The notes beneath the pieces were generated by a model. The model ran no database searches, had not been told where the DNA came from, and worked only from the letters and a program-made list of their open reading frames with translations. The position numbers and the translations under genes are program-made. A stretch of 7,980 bases of DNA from Amoeboradix gromovi X-113 (lineage: Eukaryota > Fungi > Sanchytriomycota). The stretch spans positions 1 through 7,980 of the forward strand of contig JADGIF010000474.1 in the NCBI GenBank assembly GCA_018985225.1, given 5' to 3'. Shown here one piece after another: positions 1 to 6,885 of this stretch (the first letter of the stretch is position 1; every line of letters starts with the position of its first letter).

Positions 1-1
1 C

Positions 2-249
2 AAAGAAATAGATAAGAGTAATGATGTTAGTATAACATTACAAAACGACTCTAGAAAAGAGTACCGTCTAAGAAAATGCACCTTTTGCTCAGATGCTCAA
101 AGACCTCATATATTTCAACAAGATGCAGGGTCTTCTACTATTATTTTGAAGAGGGGATTGAAAGTAATGAAAGAAACTGGTATAATAGAAGATCTTTTAT
201 TAATGATAGCATTTCCTCCGATGGTGAACCTCCTTTAAAAACGAGTTAG
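2..249 (+). pseudogene. C-terminus of a Fanzor/TnpB-like RuvC nuclease (copy A; 5' part outside the window; frameshift near the end)
   Basis: Frame 2 is open from 2 to TAA at 236-238: KEIDKSNDVSITLQNDSRKEYRLRKCTFCSDAQRPHIFQQDAGSSTIILKRGLKVMKETGIIEDLLLMIAFPPMVNLL*. CxxC followed by (R/Q)D...I-L..GL matches the TnpB/Fanzor zinc-finger second half plus RuvC-III. Comparison with the other copies suggests the original end was ...PYGEPPLKTS* (TAG 247-249). Confidence 0.65.
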
Positions 250-274
250 TCTAGTTTTTATATTTGGTGTCCCA
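178..274 (+). ncRNA. candidate omega-RNA scaffold overlapping the ORF 3' end
   Basis: Blocks 178-215 and 232-274 are identical in both terminal copies. They contain hairpins TAATAGAA-GATC-TTTTATTA (183-202) and TAAAAAC...GTTTTTA (236-260). The position matches TnpB/Fanzor omega-RNA loci. No expression evidence. Confidence 0.35.
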
Positions 275-358
275 TATATTTCAAGCGTTTGCTCCTTGCT
301 GCCGTGTCTTCTGTTAGTAAATTAAAAATTTTACATGTATGCATTCCGTTTGTTTATC

Positions 359-545
359 TTAAATTCTATACCTTGTACGCATTTTGCTAGTGTATACTTG
401 ATTATATTTTACTAATGTCTTTATTTCCTTGGAAGATAACATCACTTTTAGACCATTTGTAAATCTAGAATATGACACGATATGTCTTTTTCTGATGTAC
501 GTTGATTTGGCGTATTCTGGCTGTTATCATTTCCAAAGTATTTGT
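359..545 (-). pseudogene. degraded Fanzor-like fragment (copy B, RuvC-II/zinc-finger region)
   Basis: Minus strand reads YFGNDNS / AKSTYIRKRHIVSYSRFTNGLKVMLSSKEIKTLVKYNQVYTSKMRTRYRI*. NQVYTSKMRTRY (403-368) is three single-base changes from NEVYTSKMCTRC, the E-x-YTS-x-x-CxxC motif. Confidence 0.45.
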
Positions 546-639
546 CACAATTGAGAAAAAATAGATGCAGGTTTTATTCAATTTGTAAACTACAGTAAGA
601 AGAACCATTGTAGCCATAAAATTCATTTAATCTCGATAA

Positions 640-1102
640 TTGATATGTTTCAACTATAATGAAGCACTCTTGTATGTTTCGACTTCCGTTTAATTAAAGC
701 CTAAGAGGGTCGATGATTGGTTAGCTCAAATACATGAGACCATTCTGAAAAAATGTCCTCGTATAATAGGGAAGAACAACTAGAAATCACACTAGATTAC
801 CACTATTATTAATTCATCGTGTCCAACACAACAAAGAAAGAAAAAAAGCCATTCCAAACGAGAAAAAGATGATAATGAGGCACTAGAAAGAAAATTACAA
901 ACATCAAGACAGAATATGAAAATGGCTATCGGTAGAGATATTGCAACATATGCAGAAGAGATAATCAGCCAAGCTATTTCGAAAGAGATATTGCCAGTAC
1001 ATTTTCATATTCAGAAAGGCTTAAAGGCATATTATGGGGTTGAAATCTTCCCAGGAGGTCCTCTGACTAAGAGTTGGGGACATTTTCTGAAATTGGGTCC
1101 CA
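640..1102 (+). pseudogene. degraded Fanzor-like C-terminal half with element end (copy C)
   Basis: Frame 3, 927-1004, reads YR*RYCNICRRDNQPSYFERDIASTF, colinear with copy A YRLRKCTFCSDAQRPHIFQQDAGSST. After a frameshift it continues HIQKGLKAYYGVEIFPGGPLTKS(W). TGG 1075-1077 occupies the stop position and is followed 25 nt later by GTCCCA|TA (1097-1104). Upstream frame 1 has VDDWLAQIHETILKK and *ITTIINSSC. Confidence 0.7.
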
Positions 1103-1138
1103 TATAAATTACTCTCCGCCTGTTCAAAACAGTTTGGA

Positions 1139-1922
1139 ATGGAAGGCGAAGCACTAGTTGATCAATACTTATTAAATGGACAGTTCCAAAAGGCTGCTCA
1201 GCAGTTGGAAGAATTGGCTGTAAAATATGCTGAAAGTAATCAAATTGAACTCTCAAAAGAATGTCAACAGAAGGCGAATATTTTAAAAGGAATGGATAGG
1301 GATCATCCACCAGAAGAATATTACAAAGATGACCACGACCTAAGTTTGTCTATGTACTCGTTTTGGGATATGATTGATGACTTAGTAGGAAAGATAAAAA
1401 TAAATTTTCAAAATAGGAAACCAGAATTGAACGAAACACAAGATGAGGAGTTCCTGTTAGTTACTAAACCTCACACAATTGAAGATCTACTAGAAGAGAA
1501 CGCAAGGTTGCTGCAAACTATCCATCAATACCAAGAACGATTGGAATCACTCGAGGTTGCTCAAGAAGAGAATCAACTTCTACGTAGTTCTATAATCCAA
1601 TTTAAACAAGAGTTTGTTAAGCGCAAGCAACAAAACCTTTTTCAATCTATTAAACTGCACAAGCACTCAAAATCGTCGTTTGAGGAAGAACCCAGAATTA
1701 AAGAATTGGAAAATAAAATAAGAGAGTTGGAGGCGCACGTTCAAAAGATAGAAACTGATAAAATTGCATTGGTACTTTTAACTAATCAAGGAAGCTAAAA
1801 TAATTCAACAATCTAATTCCACGTCAGAAAGACAAGAGGAAGAAGACTATCCAAATGTTTCTGCAGCGAATGTATCTGATGGCTCAATACCTATACCAGA
1901 CAGTAGAATTGAGAATATATAG
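1139..1922 (+). CDS. coiled-coil protein with MIT-like N-terminus, NRBF2/Atg38-like; join(1139..1771,1791..1922)
   Basis: 219-aa ORF with a helical N-terminus (GQFQKAAQQLEELAVKY), FWxxIDxLV and a TIEDLLEEN...EENQLLRSSIIQFKQEF coiled coil. Removing 1772-1790 extends the frame by 43 codons (EAKIIQQ...RIENI*). Family assignment is by recollection only. Confidence 0.6.
1772..1790 (+). other. putative 19-nt spliceosomal intron
   Basis: GTACTTTTAACTAATCAAG has a GT donor, a CTAAT branch-like motif and an AG acceptor. It is phase 0, and its removal opens a 43-codon downstream exon. Confidence 0.55.
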
Positions 1923-1925
1923 TTA

Positions 1926-2290
1926 TGGGACGCCCACAGTAAACCTTAGATTAATTTTTACAGAAAGACTCATATCCCATCACCTAGATACTAGGCGATA
2001 TAATTTTTTTTATCTTCTCAGACATCTTTATCTTCTACCATGGCTCAGTAGATCATGTACGACATGAAGACTTTTTTAAGGCGCGTTCACACATTTCCAC
2101 GACTGCGTCACAGCGGTTGCACTGGCTGAAACTTGCATCTCTATATGATTGCTGATTGCTCTTATGGTTATTGCTAAGACATGATTTGGATGAATTACAT
2201 TCTAATATAAATAGACAAGTTTCTTATCAGGGACATTTAAAGCACCCTGCGTTTGTAGCAGTTTGCCATATCCATAGTATCTCCATTTCT
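1926..2290 (-). pseudogene. degraded Fanzor-like C-terminal half with element end (copy D)
   Basis: Minus strand, in the expected order across frameshifts: KWRYYGYGK (from 2288), KKLVYLY*N, SQCNRCD (CNRC 2121-2110), CRT*S (2064-2050), DKDV (2032-2021). Stop TAA at 1953-1951 is followed by a 25-nt tail TCTAAGGTTTACTGTGGGCGTCCCA|TA. Hairpin at 1979-1999. Confidence 0.5.
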
Positions 2291-2524
2291 ATGTTAATAA
2301 TCTAATTCTCGCCTTGTTATCTTTCTATCCTAATCGTCAAATTTCATTTTGTAGCCAGCTATTTTGGTAACTAATGGGTACAAAGGATAATGTAATTGCT
2401 TAGCTTATGAAAATCCTAAATATTTGTGCAATTTTATCAAATAAATTTATTATATTAGGTCGTTTCCGAATGAGGAAGACAAAAAATGAATTCTATTAAA
2501 GAAAAACTATTTATTGAGTACATT

Positions 2525-2559
2525 TGGGACACACACTGTAAAAACTAGACTTTATTCGT
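2525..2559 (-). repeat. isolated copy of the element terminus
   Basis: TGGGACACACACTGTAAAAACTAGACT (2525-2551) matches 7809-7835 at 23/27 and 1926-1952 at 20/27. No recognisable ORF remnant is attached. Confidence 0.65.
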
Positions 2560-2763
2560 GTACCGGTACATGTTAGCAATTATTTAGATTTAGCGGCTTC
2601 GACTAGTATTTTTCTTTCGCTTAATCGATTTTCTTTAGTTCAAAATCAATTTATTTTAAATTAATTTGCAGCAAAATACAAAATCATATTAACTACGTTT
2701 TTGATTGGTCAAATAATTCAACAAATTAATAAAACTTTGAAGCTAGTTAAACTGTTAAGCAAG

Positions 2764-3198
2764 ATGATTCTGGAGATTCCTTATGATATAGCTGCCTACA
2801 TGACACAGTTTCTGAACGAAAGAGACTTGATAAGCTTCAGTGTCGTAACGAAACAAGCTAATTTTCATGAACTAGCTTTAGTAAGACTAAAATTTCAACT
2901 AAAACAGCTCACGCTAATGTCTATCACCAGTACAGTGACAGAAGGAAGGCAGACATTAATGAACAACGTTTGGCGACTAAAATCGCGAATAGGTGATAGT
3001 TTTCTTTATGAAGTTACAGATACGCCTATAGTTACTCACTTTGACAGTAGCTATTTAATGAAATCTTATGACAAGCACACAACTGTATGGTTTGGCGGCA
3101 GTCGGCATTCTATCAACGATGTGGGAATCACTGTCTCAAAACAAGAAAATCAAATTGAAATTCATTACGATTTAATTTTGACTGCAATAGGTCAGTAA
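2764..3198 (+). CDS. F-box-like domain protein
   Basis: ATG at 2764. MILEIPYDIAAYMTQFLNERDLISFSVVTK fits the F-box pattern L..LP.E/DI...I..FL...DL....V.K. The C-terminal part is unrecognised. Confidence 0.55.
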   Translation: MILEIPYDIAAYMTQFLNERDLISFSVVTKQANFHELALVRLKFQLKQLTLMSITSTVTEGRQTLMNNVWRLKSRIGDSFLYEVTDTPIVTHFDSSYLMKSYDKHTTVWFGGSRHSINDVGITVSKQENQIEIHYDLILTAIGQ

Positions 3199-3296
3199 AA
3201 TAAGCAACCCAGCAATTTCTGTCACTATCTTTATTACAGTACCAATCTTATCTTCTCATGGCGCTAAGTGTAGTAGATGAATTCGTAATATAATTA

Positions 3297-3463
3297 AGAA
3301 AACTGACCCTCTACAGTGTCAGATAGCTACGCGTCGTATTGCATCGCAGTTTTTCTCTACTCATATCAAATCAGATAAAATAAATTTATCGCTCTCAACG
3401 TTAAGCCGACAGCTACAATGTAAATAAGTTGTCGGGCATGTCTATACGAGTATTAGACAGCCC
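3297..3463. other. cluster of stem-loops, possible structured ncRNA
   Basis: AGAAAACTG(3297)/CAGTTTTTCT(3347); CTGAC/GTCAG (3303-3321); GATAAA/TTTATC (3374-3390); CCGACAGCT/AGTTGTCGG (3406-3435); GGGC-A-TGTCTA...TAGACA-GCCC (3434-3463). Confidence 0.35.
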
Positions 3464-3475
3464 TGTTACTTCTAT

Positions 3476-4048
3476 TTAACCATTGAAATTTATTAATTTT
3501 AATAATTTGTTAATTGGCAAACCCATTATGTTGTAATAGCAACCATGGATTTTTTCAACCAGTAAACCGCCGAAGTTTTGAATTCCATATCCTCCGGCTT
3601 TATCTAACCCATCTTTTGTGTTGCAAACATACTTCAATACTGAATGAGGGTTATCGGCAAAGAAAACTGTTGTTTTTTCAACAATGCTTTCTACACGCTT
3701 CTCGCCATTATCATTATAAATAACTGATACACCAGAGTATACAAAATGAGAATTATTGTTCAATTTCAGCAACATATCCATATTCTCTTTCAAATCAACA
3801 GGTTTGCCTAATATCATGTCACCAATTACGACGAGCGTATCGGCTCCAATAACAAGCTCAAATTTCTTCTTTTCTAGTATGCATTTATCAAAAACCGCAG
3901 AAGCTTTTCTGATGGCCAGTTCTTTCACCAACAACACTGGATCTGTTGTAGTTGAACATTCATCTACGTTGCTAGTGACGACTTCAAAAGTCTCGCCTGT
4001 CATCTTTAATATCTCTTGTCGTCTAGGACTACCTGATGCCAAAATCAT
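3476..4048 (-). CDS. maf: Maf-family nucleoside triphosphate pyrophosphatase (YhdE/ASMTL-N-like)
   Basis: Motifs ILASGSPRR, VIGADT, ILGKP, DKAGGYGIQ and GCYYNIMGLP. ATG at 4048. Confidence 0.93.
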   Translation of the reverse strand: MILASGSPRRQEILKMTGETFEVVTSNVDECSTTTDPVLLVKELAIRKASAVFDKCILEKKKFELVIGADTLVVIGDMILGKPVDLKENMDMLLKLNNNSHFVYSGVSVIYNDNGEKRVESIVEKTTVFFADNPHSVLKYVCNTKDGLDKAGGYGIQNFGGLLVEKIHGCYYNIMGLPINKLLKLINFNG

Positions 4049-4096
4049 CAAAAAGGAGATCGGAGTTTGTACAAGGAGAAAACAAAATTCATTCTA

Positions 4097-4540
4097 ATGC
4101 GCAACAGATCTCGCGATAAATGCCCATGGACAATAGTAAATGACTTAGGAGGTGCGTACAGTATGGGCTTGATTGGTGGCTCTATACTTCATGCTATTAA
4201 AGGTTATAGACACGCGCCGTACAATGATAAAATGAGTTCTGCGTTGACAGCTATTCGACATAGAGCACCTGTCTTGGGTGGAAATTTTGCAGCCTGGGCG
4301 GGATTATTTTCTGCTTTTGAGTGTACTTTAATGACGTACAGGCAAAAGGAAGATTTTTGGACCCCAGTGTATTCAGGTGCGTTGACTGGTGCCGTTTTGG
4401 CTTCTCGCTCTGGTGTTGCAGCGATGTCCATGAATGCACTATTCGGAGGATTAATATTAGCGGGCATTGAGGGTCTAATGTTTTCTGCTAACAGGCTAAT
4501 GTCTGCACAAAGTCTTAAAGGTGAAAAAGCAACTTTATAA
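4097..4540 (+). CDS. TIM17: mitochondrial inner membrane translocase subunit Tim17
   Basis: SRDKCPWTIVNDLGGAYSMG, RAPVLGGNFAAWAGLFSAFEC, RQKEDFW and GGLILAGIEG are hallmark Tim17 motifs. ATG at 4097. Confidence 0.93.
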   Translation: MRNRSRDKCPWTIVNDLGGAYSMGLIGGSILHAIKGYRHAPYNDKMSSALTAIRHRAPVLGGNFAAWAGLFSAFECTLMTYRQKEDFWTPVYSGALTGAVLASRSGVAAMSMNALFGGLILAGIEGLMFSANRLMSAQSLKGEKATL

Positions 4541-4584
4541 TTTATTTGTATATCAGTAAAACAACTAAACCTATCAGGAATATT

Positions 4585-5022
4585 TTAAACATAAATTTTT
4601 TGAAAATTCGACACTGCTGTTCTGCAACTTGGACATGCTTCATTTTCCAGAAGCCATGTTTCTATGCAACCTTCGCAGTAGGTATGTCCACACGGTATCA
4701 ATATTGCTGGACTTTTACAATCATCTAAACATATTATACATTGCACTTTGTCGCTTGTGCTGATGGGTCTACTCCCTTTACTAGCAGTCTGAGTTTGCTC
4801 TAATCTCTCAACTTTAATTTTCAACTCTTGGATTTCTATGTTCATCCTATGTACATGCGCTGCATAACTCGCATGTATGTGCTCTAATTGATTTCGAATA
4901 TATTGGTCAATCTCTAACTTCAAATGCTCATTCGCGTTCTCATGATATAATTTCCTCTTCTTAGGTGATGGATTGATACTGTTTGCATCTACTAAACCTG
5001 CACTATTTAAAAAAAAAGACAT
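4585..5022 (-). CDS. C3HC4 RING-finger protein with coiled coil (putative E3 ligase)
   Basis: CIIC...PCGHTYCEGC...CPSCR at the C-terminus and an NLS-like PKKRK. ATG at 5022. Confidence 0.88.
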   Translation of the reverse strand: MSFFLNSAGLVDANSINPSPKKRKLYHENANEHLKLEIDQYIRNQLEHIHASYAAHVHRMNIEIQELKIKVERLEQTQTASKGSRPISTSDKVQCIICLDDCKSPAILIPCGHTYCEGCIETWLLENEACPSCRTAVSNFQKIYV

Positions 5023-5062
5023 ATGTTTCACAAATTAAATTTATTTTTTACCTCTTTAATCG

Positions 5063-6130
5063 TTAGTACTCTGGTCCTGGCCTCGGCCCATATGGACCGT
5101 TTTGATATCTTGGTGTGTAACTAGGTCTTGGGAGGTTAATCTGGTCTGAATTTATGCTTTGCTCATCGCTTGGTGGTCTGTAGTAATTAGCACCTGGCCT
5201 ACGGAACTGTGGTGGTCCTGAGGGTCTATGGTGTTGCGGGGGAGGATTTGGTCTTGGCGTATAACGTTGAGGAGGTCCTTGTGAATATGGGTCAAAGTCT
5301 TGAGGAACTGGTCTGGCATACTGAGGTCTCATTCTTGGTTCGCTTGGGTAGTAGCCTGGTGCGGGTCTCATTCTAGGATCATATGGAGGTCTCTGATTGT
5401 GGGGATCAAATCTGGGTCTAATTCTTGGATCATGTAGCCTCGGGTCATATGGAGACCTATAAGTGTCATATGCAGGGCGAATTGGTCTGTGGAACTGCGA
5501 GCTTAGTTGGGGATTGTACATTGGACTAGAAGGATCATAAACAGGATTATAGTCCGGATGATAAACATCGTACAACCGAGGATTGAAACTAGCATACTGA
5601 GTCTGCTGAGTGTAAGGACCGGGTTGCAGAGGACCTCTTACATGAGGTTCATTATTATAGCTATAATTAGGACGAGGTTGTATGACCTGTTGCTTTTGAG
5701 ATGAATAATTAGAAGAAGGCGCAGAATCCATTTCGCCATCATTAAACTTCTTTTCTTGTTCAGTTATATACTCCATTTTGACCAGAACCTTGCCGCAATC
5801 TTTTTTCTTTGTGGGATGAGAGATCTGAACCCAAAATTCTGCCTTGCGCTTATTTTTAACCTGAGTTAGCTCAATAAGTGATCTACCAAAAACAGTTTCA
5901 TCGCTCATAGATTTACCGATAACTTCTATATTGATCGAAGAATGATGCTCAAGTATTTCAAATTCAAAAACTTCCGTGAATGTTGGGTTCACTTTGTTCT
6001 TTTTATCAGGCTTTGTGGTCTTTTTAACATAATCTAGCTGAAACCTAATTGCTGGTGAAGAAGTAATTCCTTTAATTTTTAAATCGACGCCTTTCAGAGC
6101 GCTAATGTACAGCCATCCAACAGTCGACAT
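5063..6130 (-). CDS. C2-domain protein with Pro/Tyr/Arg-rich low-complexity tail
   Basis: N-terminal C2 features (GWLYISALKGVDL, KKTTK, VNPTFTEVFEF, FGRSLIEL, GKVLVKMEY) and repeated YDP/YNP/DPR motifs in the tail. 355 aa. Confidence 0.82.
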   Translation of the reverse strand: MSTVGWLYISALKGVDLKIKGITSSPAIRFQLDYVKKTTKPDKKNKVNPTFTEVFEFEILEHHSSINIEVIGKSMSDETVFGRSLIELTQVKNKRKAEFWVQISHPTKKKDCGKVLVKMEYITEQEKKFNDGEMDSAPSSNYSSQKQQVIQPRPNYSYNNEPHVRGPLQPGPYTQQTQYASFNPRLYDVYHPDYNPVYDPSSPMYNPQLSSQFHRPIRPAYDTYRSPYDPRLHDPRIRPRFDPHNQRPPYDPRMRPAPGYYPSEPRMRPQYARPVPQDFDPYSQGPPQRYTPRPNPPPQHHRPSGPPQFRRPGANYYRPPSDEQSINSDQINLPRPSYTPRYQNGPYGPRPGPEY

Positions 6131-6287
6131 TTAGAAAAAGATGAGTGTTTCAAAGTACTTTAATTGGCAAAAAGAAAGGAACACGTGCACATATCATAGA
6201 TTGATGTTAAAAATGTTTAGAACCAAGCAGTAATTGTTAAAAGGTGAGTGAACAAAAAAAATTTACGGATATTGCGTGATTTAGTAA

Positions 6288-6851
6288 TTAGTCTTTTTTA
6301 TTTAGTCTGTTAATGAACAACCATGTCAAACCAGCTACTCCACATACACCTGCAGATGAAACTGAAGCTTTTAATCCATACGGCGCTCTAACAACAGCGC
6401 CACTAAAGATTGAACCAATAACTGTGCTTAGATTATTGTTTAAACCAAGTTCGGTTAGACTTGCTCTAGAAATATTATATATAGTAACGATGGATCCCAG
6501 TCTATTAGCTAAAAATGGACCTTTTGATGTTAGCTGATTCAATATTGTTGTATATCTAACAGGTAGAGACTTTGTTGGAAGAGGCATTCGTAGGCCGTGC
6601 CATAGACCCCAAACAGAGCCTGCTATAGCTCCTGTTAAATATGAAAATCCAACCCCATAGCATAAATCGTCACTAAAATTTCTACTTGGTACAAATGTAC
6701 CAGTTCTAGCTTCGCCCTCTGCAGGCGGAATAAGAGTAACCTGTTGCTCAAAGTTGAAAGTTTTCATTCTTTCTTTTACTTCAGGCGCCAAAGTGTTGAA
6801 AGCCTTCTCAATTGAATCTGCGGGATCAAAAAGCTCGGAGTTTTTGTGCAT
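6288..6851 (-). CDS. TIM23: mitochondrial inner membrane translocase subunit Tim23
   Basis: PSRNFSDDLCYGVGFSYLTG and ILNQLTSKGPFLANRLG...YN correspond to fungal Tim23 PSRGWxDDLCYGTG and LNxxTxRGPFLGN motifs. Confidence 0.9.
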   Translation of the reverse strand: MHKNSELFDPADSIEKAFNTLAPEVKERMKTFNFEQQVTLIPPAEGEARTGTFVPSRNFSDDLCYGVGFSYLTGAIAGSVWGLWHGLRMPLPTKSLPVRYTTILNQLTSKGPFLANRLGSIVTIYNISRASLTELGLNNNLSTVIGSIFSGAVVRAPYGLKASVSSAGVCGVAGLTWLFINRLNKKD

Positions 6852-6885
6852 ATTTTCAGTTTTCCCCTTGAAAAGTTTCTTTGAA

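Larger units (their letters stand above)
1..274 (+). mobile_element. 3' end of a Fanzor-carrying element, ending ...TTTGGTGTCCCA|TA
   Basis: 101-274 is ~90% identical (manual count) to the reverse complement of 7809-7980. The last 43 nt (232-274) are identical, and homology stops abruptly after GTCCCA. Confidence 0.75.

Noticed and set aside
273-285. CATATATTTCAA repeated at 107-118, and ATATTTCAAG at 7783-7774 (self-targeting guide or extended homology)
   Set aside because: Only 10-12 nt of AT-rich sequence with no extension; compatible with chance.
672-699. GTATGT...AAG as a 28-nt intron after ATG 659
   Set aside because: Splicing gives an immediate stop, and the region is better explained as part of pseudogene copy C.
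916-1107. 63-aa ORF as a real gene
   Set aside because: It is a chimera of frames from the Fanzor pseudogene copy C.
1032-1310. 92-aa minus-strand ORF
   Set aside because: Antisense to the 1139 gene and the element end, with no motifs.
1855-2067. 70-aa ORF
   Set aside because: Out of frame with the predicted exon 2 and runs antisense through relic D; no motifs.
250-2551. GTCCCA-ending repeats as a CRISPR-like array
   Set aside because: Irregular spacing of hundreds of nt, mixed orientation and attachment to ORF remnants indicate dispersed element ends.
3514-4097. Plus-strand ORFs 3514-3723 and 3756-4097
   Set aside because: Antisense shadows of maf.
4204-4728. ORFs 4204-4467, 4251-4439 and 4546-4728
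   Set aside because: Antisense shadows of TIM17 and the RING gene.
5507-6537. ORFs 5507-5704 and 6313-6537
   Set aside because: Antisense shadows of the C2 gene and TIM23.
6754-6885. TTG/GTG-initiated N-terminal extensions in the ORF track (also at 2701, 4051, 4067 and 5031)
   Set aside because: The locus is eukaryotic, and the first ATGs coincide with the start of recognisable homology or avoid overlaps.
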